Positions 25,414 to 33,982 of a stretch of 64,000 nucleotides of DNA are shown here, one piece after another (the first letter of the stretch is position 1; each line of letters begins with the position of its first letter). This stretch comes from Chloroflexota bacterium (GTDB lineage Bacteria > Chloroflexota > Dehalococcoidia > UBA2979), in the NCBI GenBank assembly GCA_009840945.1, contig VXMU01000052.1, positions 6,885 through 70,884 of the forward strand, given 5' to 3'. The notes under the pieces are model-generated. The model was not told the origin of the DNA. It made no database searches and worked only from the letters and a program-made list of their open reading frames with translations. A program made the translations under genes and the position numbers.

Positions 25414-26643
25414 ATGCTACGCGGACTCCGACGATTCACTCCCGTACCACTCCTGCTCCTGGCTGCGGCGCTCGTCGCCGCCGCCATCGTCGCCTGTGGC
25501 GACGACGATGACGACGAGGAGGCCGGCGCTGGCGCTACCGACGCCACAACGGCCCCTGCCGCGAGCGAGCCGCTCAAGGTCGTGACGTCCACCGGCATCC
25601 TCGCGCACTTCGCCCAGCAGGTTGCGGGCGATGACGCCGAGGTGGTGGCGGTGATCCCCGCGGGCGCCGACACGCACACCTTCAGCGCCTCCACCGGCGA
25701 CATCCGCAACATCGCGGCGGCCGACGTCGTGATCGTGAACGGCTTCAACCTCGAGGAAGGCACGCTCGCCACCATCTTCGAGCACATCCCGGACGACGCC
25801 CGGCTCGTCATCGCCGCCGCCGGCATCAAGCCGCTCGAAGGTGGTCACCACGACGACGAGGACGACCACGGCGACGAGGAAGAGGGCGACGACCACGACG
25901 AGGGCGACGACGACCACGGCGACGAGGACGAGGACGAAGGCGAAGACCACGGCGACGAGGAAGAAGAGGGCGAGCACCACGACGAGGACGAGGAAGAAGA
26001 AGGCGACGACCACGGCGACGAGGACGAAGGCGAAGGTCACGACGAGGACGAGGGCGAAGACCACGGCGACGAGGACCACGAGAAGGCCGAGGCTCCGGCT
26101 GGCGCCGAGCTGGCAGTCGCCGACGGCGACCCGCACATGTGGCTCACCGTCCCGAACGCCATGGTCTACGTGCGCAACATCGCCGACGGCCTCGCGGCCG
26201 CCGACCCCGACAACGCCGCGGCGTACCGCGAGCGCTCCGAGGCCTACCTGGCCGAGCTGCAGGCGCTGGACGAAGAGGTCCGCGCCGCGGTCGCCGGGAT
26301 TCCGCAGGAGCGCCGCGTGCTGATCGTCTACCACGACGCGTTCCAGTACTTCGCGGTCGAGTACGGCCTCGAGCTGGCAGCCGCGGTGCTGCCGGCCAGC
26401 CCGTCGCAGCAGGCAAGCGCGGCAGCGGTGGCGGAGATCATCGAGATCGTCGAGGAGCACGGCGTGGGCGCCGTCTACCGCGAGCCGCAGTTCGCTGCCG
26501 ACGCGCTCGACGCCATCGCCGAGGAGGCCGGCGTCGGGGTGTTGGTGCTCTACAGCGGCGCGTTCACGGACGAGATCGACACGTACGTCGACCTGATGCG
26601 GTTCAACGCACGCTCGCTCGTCGAGGGTCTCGGCGGCGGGTAA
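25414..26643 (+). CDS. znuA: Metal ABC transporter substrate-binding lipoprotein (ZnuA/TroA family) with a long His/Asp/Glu-rich loop
   Basis: Lipoprotein signal MLRGLRRFTPVPLLLLAAALVAAAIVAC. Cluster-9 SBP fold. About 90-aa insertion of H/D/E repeats (GHHDDEDDHGDEEEGDDHDEGDDDHGDEDEDEGEDHGDEEEEGEHHDEDEEEEGDDHGDEDEGEGHDEDEGEDHGDEDHE). Confidence 0.85.
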   Translation: MLRGLRRFTPVPLLLLAAALVAAAIVACGDDDDDEEAGAGATDATTAPAASEPLKVVTSTGILAHFAQQVAGDDAEVVAVIPAGADTHTFSASTGDIRNIAAADVVIVNGFNLEEGTLATIFEHIPDDARLVIAAAGIKPLEGGHHDDEDDHGDEEEGDDHDEGDDDHGDEDEDEGEDHGDEEEEGEHHDEDEEEEGDDHGDEDEGEGHDEDEGEDHGDEDHEKAEAPAGAELAVADGDPHMWLTVPNAMVYVRNIADGLAAADPDNAAAYRERSEAYLAELQALDEEVRAAVAGIPQERRVLIVYHDAFQYFAVEYGLELAAAVLPASPSQQASAAAVAEIIEIVEEHGVGAVYREPQFAADALDAIAEEAGVGVLVLYSGAFTDEIDTYVDLMRFNARSLVEGLGGG

Positions 26644-26661
26644 CGCACGCGGCGGCGGGGA

Positions 26662-27624
26662 GTGGAGGGGCCCGTGACGTCAGACCACGGTGTCGAGCAC
26701 GGACACGGAGCTCATGGCCCCGCCGGCCACGAGGACCCGGACCACGTACACGACGAGATGGGCCTGGACGCGGCCGGGCACGTCCCGGCTCGCGCCCGGC
26801 TCGCCGCCGGGCACAGCCACGGGCCGCTCGCGCTGGAGGTCAACAACCTCTGGGCGGGCTACCCGGGCAAGACCCCGGCCCTGGAAGACGTCAGCTTCGT
26901 CGTCCCCGAGGGCGAGATGGTCGGGCTCGTCGGCCCGAACGGAGCCGGCAAGTCCACGCTGTTCAAGTCCATCCTCGGTGTCATGCGGCCGCTGCTCGGC
27001 GAGGTCCGTGTCTTCGGCCGCCCCGTCAGCGAGACGCGACGCGACGTCGCGTACACGCCGCAGGCCGAGGAGGTGGACTGGGACTTCCCCGTCAGCGTCA
27101 TGGACGTGGTGCTGATGGGTCGCTGGAACGGGACGCGCCTCTTCCGGCGCTGGTCTCGCGAAGACCGCGAGATGGCGCACGCCGCGCTGGAGCGCGTGCA
27201 GATCTCGGGCATGGAGAAGCGCCAGGTCGGCGAGCTCTCCGGTGGACAGCGGCGGCGCGTGCTCATCGCGCGCTCGATCGCCCGCGGAGCGCGGCTGCTG
27301 CTGCTGGACGAGCCGTTCGCCGGCCTCGACGCCGGCGTGGAGCACGACCTCCTCGCGATCCTCGACGACCTCACGCACCAGGGGTGCAGCATCCTCATCG
27401 CCACGCACGACCTGTCGTGCGTGGCGACGGCGTGCGATGAGGCCTGCTGCCTCAACCGCACCGTCCAGGGCTACGGGACACCCGCCGACGTGCTCACCGA
27501 AGAGGTGCTGGCGCGCACCTTCGACCGTCACCTCATCACCGTCGGCGAGAGCGGCATCAGCTTCGGCGGCGACGCGATCGCCGTGGCCGGCGAGCCGCAC
27601 GGTCACGAGCACAGCGCGAACTGA
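26662..27624 (+). CDS. znuC: Metal (zinc) ABC transporter ATP-binding protein with a His-rich N-terminal extension
   Basis: Walker A GPNGAGKST, signature LSGGQRRRV, Walker B LLLLDEPFAGLD. About 55-aa N-terminal extension with 11 His residues. GTG start; an alternative ATG lies at about 26755. Confidence 0.85.
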   Translation: MEGPVTSDHGVEHGHGAHGPAGHEDPDHVHDEMGLDAAGHVPARARLAAGHSHGPLALEVNNLWAGYPGKTPALEDVSFVVPEGEMVGLVGPNGAGKSTLFKSILGVMRPLLGEVRVFGRPVSETRRDVAYTPQAEEVDWDFPVSVMDVVLMGRWNGTRLFRRWSREDREMAHAALERVQISGMEKRQVGELSGGQRRRVLIARSIARGARLLLLDEPFAGLDAGVEHDLLAILDDLTHQGCSILIATHDLSCVATACDEACCLNRTVQGYGTPADVLTEEVLARTFDRHLITVGESGISFGGDAIAVAGEPHGHEHSAN

Positions 27625-28475
27625 TGGCCGACCTCGTTTCGTGGCTGCTCGAACCCTTCGAGTACGCGTTCATGCAGCGCGCACTCATGTCGCTCGTGAT
27701 CGTGAGCGTGGTCGGGTCGGTTGTCGGGACGTTCGTCGTACACAAGGGGCTGGCGGCGTCCGGTAGCGGGCTGGCGCACGCGACACTCGCGGGTGTCGCC
27801 ATCGCGTTCGTGAATGGCGTGAGCATCGCGCTCGGCGCGCTCGTCGCGGCCGTCGCCTCGGGCGTGGGCATCGGCTACGTGCGCAGCAACTCGCGCGTGA
27901 GCTACGACACCGCGATCGCAATCTTCTACGTCTCCGCCTTCTCGCTGGGCATCCTCATCATCTCGCGGCGGTCGAGCTACACGCCGGACCTGATCTCGTT
28001 CGTCTTCGGCGACATCCTCGGCGTCTCGCGCGCGGACCTCGTCGGCGAGCTCATCCTCGCGGTCGTCGTCGTCGGATTCGTGCTGGCGTTCTACCGCGAG
28101 ATGGTCATGGTCGCGTACGACCCGGCGATGGCCGCGGCGGCGGGGGTGCGCGCCTGGTTCTTCGAGTACGCGCTGCTGGTCCTGATCGCCCTCGCCGTGG
28201 TCGTGGCGCTGCAGGCGATCGGCATTGTGCTGGTCTCGGCGATGCTCATCATCCCGCCGGCGACCGCGAGCCTGCTGGCGCGGCGCATCCCGCAGATCAT
28301 CGCGATCAGCTTCGTGCTCTCCGTGGGCGCCTCGATCCTCGGCCTCTACGCCTCCTTCCACGCCGACGTCGCCGCGAGCCCGGCTATCGTGCTCGGCTCC
28401 ACGCTGGCCTTCGCCGTCACCCTCGCGGCCACCTCGCGACGCGGAGCGCGCCTCCCGGTTGGCGCCGCCGAGTAG
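27624..28475 (+). CDS. znuB: Metal ABC transporter permease (ZnuB family)
   Basis: 283 aa polytopic protein; ABC-3 family organisation. Its start overlaps the znuC stop. Confidence 0.85.
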   Translation: MADLVSWLLEPFEYAFMQRALMSLVIVSVVGSVVGTFVVHKGLAASGSGLAHATLAGVAIAFVNGVSIALGALVAAVASGVGIGYVRSNSRVSYDTAIAIFYVSAFSLGILIISRRSSYTPDLISFVFGDILGVSRADLVGELILAVVVVGFVLAFYREMVMVAYDPAMAAAAGVRAWFFEYALLVLIALAVVVALQAIGIVLVSAMLIIPPATASLLARRIPQIIAISFVLSVGASILGLYASFHADVAASPAIVLGSTLAFAVTLAATSRRGARLPVGAAE

Positions 28476-28591
28476 CTCCAGGAACGCACCCCGGGGCCCC
28501 GGTTGAGCGCGAGCGGCGTCACCCCTACGCTTGACGTACTCCACGGGCCTCCCTGCGGGTCGACTCGGTCGGCCCGCGCACGAGAGCAGCG

Positions 28592-30100
28592 ATGGTCGCC
28601 GACCCCGCCGCAAAGTCGCCCGATTCGCCGGCCCCCGCCGACCCCGGCGGGAGCAGCGCTGAGCCCGATTCCGGCTCGCCCGATCCCACCAAGATCGACC
28701 GCAAGGCGCGGATGAAGCTGCCGGCCAACACGCCCGACAAGCAGGCGCCCGACGTCCGCGTCCACAACTGGGACGAGGTCTTCCACCTCTTCGACCCCGA
28801 GACCGCGAAGGCCGAGGCCGTCCGCTGCATCCAGTGCCCGGCCGCCCCGTGCACCGTCGCCTGCCCCGTCGACAACGACATCCCCGGCGCGCTGTGGCTG
28901 CTCGAGCTGGGCGACATCGACGGCGCGGCTAACGTCTTCCGTGAGACCAGCGAGCTGCCCGAGATGTGCGGCCGCCTCTGCCCGCAGGAGCGCCTGTGCG
29001 AAGGCGACTGCGTCGTCGGCAAGAAGGGCATCCCCGTCGCCATCGGGAAGCTCGAGGCGTTCGTGACCGAGCACCAGCGCTCCGACGGCACGGGCCCCTC
29101 GACGGAGACGGCCCCCGCGACGGGCAAGACCGTCGCGGTGATCGGCGCGGGGCCCGCCGGCATCGGCGTCGCCGAGCGCCTCGCCCGCAACGGGCACGCG
29201 GTGACGATGTTCGACGCGTGGCCGGTGCCGGGCGCGCTGCTGCACTACGGCATCCCGAACTTCAAGCAGAACAAGGCCACCGTCGCCCGCAAGTTCGACG
29301 ACCTCCAGTCGATGGGGGTGCGGCTGGTGATGAACACCCACATCGGCCGGGACATCCCGTTCGAGCACCTCGAACGCGACTACGACGCCGTGTTCATCGG
29401 CGCCGGCGCGATCGCCGGGGCCGAGCTGGGCTTCGAGCACGAGGACGCCCCGGGCGTGTACGCCGCGACCGAGTTCCTGGTGCGCGGCAACCTGCCGCCC
29501 GAGGAGCTGCCGGAGCACCTCCGCGAGCCGCTGCCGGACATGCGCCGCGTGGTGGTGATCGGCGGTGGCGACACCTCGATGGACTGCGTCCGCACCGCCG
29601 TCCGCCTCGGCGCGGAGCAGGTGCGCCTCGTCTACCGCCGCACGGAGGAGGAGATGCAGGGCCGCTCCGAGGAGCGCCAGCACGCCTACGAGGAGGGCGT
29701 GATCTTCGACTACGTGACGGCGCCCCTCGCGATCCTGACCGACGCCGACGGCGCGGTGAGCGGCGTCCAGTGCCAGCGCATGCAGCTCGGCGAGCCCGAC
29801 GAGAGCGGGCGCGCGCGCCCGGAGCCGGTCCCCGACACCGAGTTCGAGATCGCCGCCGACGCCGTCGTCATCGCCATCGGCTACAACGTCGACGAGGAGT
29901 GGGGCGAGGTCGCCCCGGCGGTGAACCGCGACCCGTGGGGCCGCTTCACCGTGGACCCCGACACCATGCGCACGAACCGGCCAGGCGTCTTCGCCGGCGG
30001 TGACGACATCAACGGCGCGGACCTGGTGGTCACCGCCCTCGCCGACGGCCACGTCGCGGCCGCGTCCATCGAGGAGTACCTCGCGACCGGCGAGTGGTAG
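28592..30100 (+). CDS. Glutamate synthase small-subunit-like (GltD family) FAD/NAD(P)H oxidoreductase with an N-terminal Fe-S cysteine cluster
   Basis: CIQCPAAPCTVACP and CEGDC cysteine motifs, then two Rossmann GxGxxG/A motifs (VAVIGAGPAGIGVA; VVVIGGGDTSMD). 502 aa with a Pro-rich N-terminal extension, so the start is uncertain. Confidence 0.7.
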   Translation: MVADPAAKSPDSPAPADPGGSSAEPDSGSPDPTKIDRKARMKLPANTPDKQAPDVRVHNWDEVFHLFDPETAKAEAVRCIQCPAAPCTVACPVDNDIPGALWLLELGDIDGAANVFRETSELPEMCGRLCPQERLCEGDCVVGKKGIPVAIGKLEAFVTEHQRSDGTGPSTETAPATGKTVAVIGAGPAGIGVAERLARNGHAVTMFDAWPVPGALLHYGIPNFKQNKATVARKFDDLQSMGVRLVMNTHIGRDIPFEHLERDYDAVFIGAGAIAGAELGFEHEDAPGVYAATEFLVRGNLPPEELPEHLREPLPDMRRVVVIGGGDTSMDCVRTAVRLGAEQVRLVYRRTEEEMQGRSEERQHAYEEGVIFDYVTAPLAILTDADGAVSGVQCQRMQLGEPDESGRARPEPVPDTEFEIAADAVVIAIGYNVDEEWGEVAPAVNRDPWGRFTVDPDTMRTNRPGVFAGGDDINGADLVVTALADGHVAAASIEEYLATGEW

Positions 30101-30160
30101 GTTTGCCCGCCCCACCGGTGGTCGGGCTGCGCTCCAACCAGTTAGAGTAGAAGGACGAAC

Positions 30161-30179
30161 GTTGAGTCGGGCTCGCGGT
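30161..30179 (+). terminator. GC hairpin (GGGCTCGC-ggt-GCGAGCCC) between the gltD-like gene and the peroxiredoxin gene; possible terminator or attenuator
   Basis: Perfect 8-bp stem 29 nt upstream of the peroxiredoxin GTG start. A second hairpin, gcccg...caccggtg...cgggc, lies at 30106-30130. No U-tract. Confidence 0.3.
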
Positions 30180-30207
30180 GCGAGCCCGCGTTACGAAGGA
30201 GACACGC

Positions 30208-30657
30208 GTGGCGCTGGAGATCGGCCAGGAAGCACCTGACTTCACGTTGGTCAACGAGGACAACGAGCAGGTGACGCTCTCCGAGTTGCGCGGATCACCC
30301 GTCGTCCTCGTCTTCTACCCCTTCGACTTCTCGGGCATCTGTACCGGCGAGCTGTGCGAGATCCGCGACGAGTACTCCGGCTGGAGCGGCGCGGGCGCCA
30401 CGGTCTTCGGCATCAGCCGCGACAGCCGCTTCGCCCACGCCGCCTTCAAGGCGGCCGAGAACTTCCAGCACTCCCTCCTCGCCGACCTCAAGGGCGAGGT
30501 GGCCCGCGCCTACGGCACGTGGAACGAGGACCTCGGCGCAGCCGAGCGACTGACGGTCGTCATCGACGCGGCGGGCAACGTCGCCTACTCGCAGCAAAAC
30601 CCGATCCTCGAAGCGCGCGACCATTCGGACGTGCTGGCGGCCATCCAGGGCTCGTAG
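30208..30657 (+). CDS. Peroxiredoxin (AhpC/TSA family, AhpE/Bcp-like)
   Basis: EAPDFTL...VVLVFYPFDFSGICTGELC peroxidatic-Cys motif. GTG start with GAAGGAG 5 nt upstream. Confidence 0.85.
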   Translation: MALEIGQEAPDFTLVNEDNEQVTLSELRGSPVVLVFYPFDFSGICTGELCEIRDEYSGWSGAGATVFGISRDSRFAHAAFKAAENFQHSLLADLKGEVARAYGTWNEDLGAAERLTVVIDAAGNVAYSQQNPILEARDHSDVLAAIQGS

Positions 30658-30709
30658 GGCGGGGTGCGATCGGCGAGGCAGATCACGAGAAGCGGGGGGT
30701 GACGCGCTC

Positions 30710-31057
30710 GTGATGGAAGAAAAGCTGTCCCATACGCCGGAAGGCGAGTACTGCCCGATCCGGGCGACACTCTCGATCCTCGGTCAGAAGTGGGTGCCCC
30801 ACATCGTCTACGAGCTCGGCGGCGGCAAGCGCCGCTTCAACGAGCTCGCCATCCGCATCGGCGGCTGCAACGCCCGGACCCTGCGCGACCGCCTCGAGGA
30901 GCTCGAGGACGTCGGCATCGTGCGGCGCAAGATCGTGAACAAGATGCCGCCGTGGGTGGAGTACGACCTCACCCCGCGCGGGCGCGAGCTCTACGACGCG
31001 ATGCGCCCGATCCAGCACTGGGGAGCCCGCTACCTCTCGGCGGCCTCGCCCGCCTGA
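30710..31057 (+). CDS. HxlR-family winged-helix transcriptional regulator
   Basis: CPIRATLSILGQKWVPHIVYEL...RFNEL...ARTLRDRLEELEDVGIVRRK signature. Confidence 0.8.
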   Translation: MMEEKLSHTPEGEYCPIRATLSILGQKWVPHIVYELGGGKRRFNELAIRIGGCNARTLRDRLEELEDVGIVRRKIVNKMPPWVEYDLTPRGRELYDAMRPIQHWGARYLSAASPA

Positions 31058-31070
31058 GCCCGCCCACCCG

Positions 31071-31484
31071 GTGACCGCCGAGCCCGACTTCCACGACCTC
31101 GCCCGCGGCGACGAGTTCCTGTTGCCGTCGTTCTCGTTTGACGCCTCAAGCATCCGTGCGTACCTCGACGCGACGGGCGAGCCCGTCGAGCGCTGGGACG
31201 GCGTGGTCCCGCCGATCGCGGCAGGCGCGCTGGCGCTCGGCGCGCTCATGGAGCGCGTGCCGCTGCCGGGCGGCGCGCTGCACGCGGGGCAGGAGTTCGA
31301 GTTCCTGCGCGCCATCGCACCCGGGGAGTCGCTGGAGACGCTCGTGCGGGTCGCGCAGCGCTCCGAGCGTCGAGGCACGCTCTTGCTCGCCCTCGAGGTG
31401 GAGCTGCGTAGCAGCTCCGACGGCGAGACCGTGCTGCGCGGCCGCTCGACCGTGGCGGCGCCAGCCGGGGAGGCAGCCTCGTGA
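31071..31484 (+). CDS. MaoC-like hotdog-fold protein (HadA-like N-terminal-type subunit)
   Basis: 137 aa hotdog fold. Its stop overlaps the start of the next MaoC gene (GTGA), the arrangement of heterodimeric hydratases. Confidence 0.65.
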   Translation: MTAEPDFHDLARGDEFLLPSFSFDASSIRAYLDATGEPVERWDGVVPPIAAGALALGALMERVPLPGGALHAGQEFEFLRAIAPGESLETLVRVAQRSERRGTLLLALEVELRSSSDGETVLRGRSTVAAPAGEAAS

Positions 31485-31873
31485 CGACTCCGCCCGAGGT
31501 CGCCCCGGTGACGCGCCTCATCGACCAGGACCGCGTGAGCCGGTACTCGGTGGCCGCGAACGACCCGAACCCGATCCACACGGACGCGGACTTCGCCGCG
31601 ACCACGGACTTCGGCCGCCCCATCGCCCACGGCATGCTCGTGCTCGCCCTCGTGTCCGAGGCGATGAGCGCGACGTTCGGGGAGCGCTGGGCGGCGAGCG
31701 GCGCGCTCAAGGTGCGCTGGCGCGCCCCGGCGATCCAGCCCGTGGAGGTGACGGCGACGGCGGAGCCTCGAGGCGTCGAGGACGGCGTGGCGAGCTACGC
31801 GGTGCAGTGCGCCACCGCCGCCGGCGCCGTCCTGCTCACCGGCACTGCCTCGGTACGCGTCGAAGGGGCGTGA
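31481..31873 (+). CDS. MaoC-family (R)-specific enoyl-CoA/ACP hydratase (HadB-like catalytic subunit)
   Basis: Hydratase 2 motif ...YSVAANDPNPIHTDADFAATTDFGRPIAHGMLVLALV.... Confidence 0.7.
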   Translation: MTTPPEVAPVTRLIDQDRVSRYSVAANDPNPIHTDADFAATTDFGRPIAHGMLVLALVSEAMSATFGERWAASGALKVRWRAPAIQPVEVTATAEPRGVEDGVASYAVQCATAAGAVLLTGTASVRVEGA

Positions 31874-31898
31874 AACGCTGCGCGTAGTGCCTGTCGCT

Positions 31899-32168
31899 TC
31901 AGCGCCGTCGAAGTCTCCGGTAGACGCTTGAACGATGCCCGACCGCGACGACGATCACCGATTGGGTGTCGTCGTAGATCGCGTAGATCACGCGGTACTC
32001 ACCAACGCGGATGCGGTGCAGCGGGACTCCACCGAGCTTGCGTGAGCCGCTTGGCCGAGGGTCGTCCGAAAGTTGCTCAATGCGGCGGCGCAGTCGTCGC
32101 CGGACCACGCTCCCGAGTCGGCCGAAGTCACGCTCCGCCGACGTCGCCAGATCAACCGTCCAGGGCAC
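31899..32168 (-). CDS. Type II toxin, RelE/ParE family
   Basis: 89 aa; ...YRVIYAIYDDTQSVIVVAVGHRSSVYRRL is the typical RelE/ParE C-terminus. Confidence 0.8.
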   Translation of the reverse strand: MPWTVDLATSAERDFGRLGSVVRRRLRRRIEQLSDDPRPSGSRKLGGVPLHRIRVGEYRVIYAIYDDTQSVIVVAVGHRSSVYRRLRRR

Positions 32169-32180
32169 GCGAGAGGGGCG

Positions 32181-32435
32181 CTAGAGGCCGTACTTCGCCT
32201 TCACGGCCTCCCAGGGGATCGTGCCCTCCGTCTTCACGCGACGGAGTCGCTCAAGCCCGAGACGCAGATCCTCGGCGTCCTCGAGGGCATCCAGTTCGGC
32301 ATCAGTCAGTTCGTGCTTCGCCTTGATCGACTCCCAGGAGACGCTGTCTTCCCTCTCCAGTCGCTCGAGGGAGACGCGTACATCCTCGGCATCTTCGGGC
32401 GCCTTCGGCTCGCGAGGAAGGTCTTCGGCGGCCAT
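32181..32435 (-). CDS. Cognate antitoxin with tandem-duplicated Unstab_antitox-like motif
   Basis: 84 aa. Two internal repeats: EDAEDVRVSLERLEREDSVSWESIKAKHEL and LEDAEDLRLGLERLRRVKTEGTIPWEAVKAKYGL. These match the addiction-module-component pattern (..W.evka.l). Immediately upstream of the RelE/ParE gene on the same strand. Confidence 0.55.
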   Translation of the reverse strand: MAAEDLPREPKAPEDAEDVRVSLERLEREDSVSWESIKAKHELTDAELDALEDAEDLRLGLERLRRVKTEGTIPWEAVKAKYGL

Positions 32436-32509
32436 GTTCGTCTCGTCACTTCCAACCGCATGGTGGGAGCAGTCGGCCCGAGGAGTATACCCAACGATCG
32501 AGGCGCACC

Positions 32510-33148
32510 CTACGCCTCCGGCGTGACCGTCTCCACCGCCCGCCACATGTACCACGACGCCACGGTGCGGTACGGCGACCACGGCTCGCCGATCTCGCGG
32601 GCCTGGCGGGGCGTCGGCGTCTCGGGGAGGCCGTAGGCGGCCTGCATCCCCTTCCGCACGCCGAGGTCACCGACGGGCAGCACGTCCGGGCGGCCGAGCT
32701 CGAACATCAGGAACATGTGCGCCGTCCACTCGCCCACGCCCTTGACGGCCGTCAGCCGCTCCATCACCTCGTCGTCGCCGAGGTCCGGCATGGCGTCGAA
32801 GTCGAGCGTGCCGTCGACGCAGTGCTGCGCGAGGTCGCGCAGGTAGCCGGCCTTCTGGCGCGACACGCCCGCGCCGCGGAACGCCTCGTCGGTCGTGGCG
32901 AGGATGTCGATGGGATCGGGCGTGCGCTCCTCGTCGCCGTACAGGGCGAAGAAGCGGCGCTGGATGGCGCGCGCGGCGGCGCCCGCGAGCTGCTGGAACA
33001 TGATCGAGCGGACCACCGCCGCGTACGGGTCGCCGCCCGGCCGCGGCTGGTACGGGCCGTGCTCCTCGATCAACGCGCCGACGACGGGGTCGGCCGTGCG
33101 CAGGTGCGCGTAGGCGGCGCGGGCGGAGAAGCGAAGGCGATTGGCCAT
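32510..33148 (-). CDS. DNA-3-methyladenine glycosylase II (AlkA-like, HhH-GPD superfamily)
   Basis: HhH-GPD motif ...LTAVKGVGEWTAHMFLMFELGRPDVLPVGDLGVRKG... with catalytic Asp. 212 aa. Confidence 0.75.
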   Translation of the reverse strand: MANRLRFSARAAYAHLRTADPVVGALIEEHGPYQPRPGGDPYAAVVRSIMFQQLAGAAARAIQRRFFALYGDEERTPDPIDILATTDEAFRGAGVSRQKAGYLRDLAQHCVDGTLDFDAMPDLGDDEVMERLTAVKGVGEWTAHMFLMFELGRPDVLPVGDLGVRKGMQAAYGLPETPTPRQAREIGEPWSPYRTVASWYMWRAVETVTPEA

Positions 33149-33184
33149 ACACGCATCGTACCCGGCGAGGGCGAGACGATCCGG

Positions 33185-33982
33185 TCAGCCGGCCAACGTC
33201 CGAACGCGCCGCTCGGGGAGGACCAGCGGATTGCCCTCGACAGGATCCTCGATGACGCGCACGGGATGTTCGAAGACCTCGCTCAGCAGCGAAGCCTCGA
33301 GGACTTCGCGCGCCGGTCCGAAAGCGGCGACGCGGCCGCCGTGGAGCAGGAGCACCCGTGCGGCGTGCGTGGCCGCGAGGTTGAGGTCGTGCAGCACGGC
33401 CACGACCGATATCCCGCGGGCCGTAATGTCGTGGAGCAAGTCCATCACCAGCGCCTGGTGGCGCAGGTCCAGTGCGCTCGTCGGTTCGTCCAGGAGCACG
33501 AGCGGCGTGCGCTGCGCCAGCACACGCGCCAGCGAGACAAGCGTCTGCTCTCCCCCCGAGAGCGTCGGGAACGTGCGCGTCGCCATCGACTCCACTCCGG
33601 TGAGCCGCATCGCTTCCTCGACGGCGGCCTCATCGTCGCCGGACTCGGGCGTACGCAGCCACGGCACCCGCGCGAAGCTCACCACCTCACGTGCCGTGAA
33701 TCGGAAGGTTGTCGGCGTCTGCTGCGGCAACACCGCGCGAAGGCGCGCCTGCTCCATCGCGCGCATGTCGGCGATTGGCCGCCCCTCGATGCGGACGCTA
33801 CCCGACGTCGGCGCCAGCTCTCCGGCAACGATGCGGAGCAGGGTCGATTTGCCCGCTCCATTGGGTCCCACCACCGCAAGCAGTTCGCCGCGCTCCGCCT
33901 CGAAGCTCGCGTCGTCGAGCAGGCGCGCCTGGCCCACCTCGAACGAGACGCCATCGACGGCGAGGAGCGCGGTCACATCCAA
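33185..33982 (-). CDS. Iron-siderophore/hemin ABC transporter ATP-binding protein (FecE/HmuV-like)
   Basis: Walker A GPNGAGKST, signature LSGGEQ, Walker B LVLLDEPTSALD. Overlaps the upstream permease gene. Confidence 0.8.
   Translation of the reverse strand: MDVTALLAVDGVSFEVGQARLLDDASFEAERGELLAVVGPNGAGKSTLLRIVAGELAPTSGSVRIEGRPIADMRAMEQARLRAVLPQQTPTTFRFTAREVVSFARVPWLRTPESGDDEAAVEEAMRLTGVESMATRTFPTLSGGEQTLVSLARVLAQRTPLVLLDEPTSALDLRHQALVMDLLHDITARGISVVAVLHDLNLAATHAARVLLLHGGRVAAFGPAREVLEASLLSEVFEHPVRVIEDPVEGNPLVLPERRVRTLAG

Noticed and set aside
25850-26090. Near-tandem GAC/GAG/GAA/CAC codon repeat in the DNA
   Set aside because: This is the coding sequence of the His/Asp/Glu-rich ZnuA loop, in frame and family-typical. 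It is not a CRISPR array, VNTR or mobile repeat.
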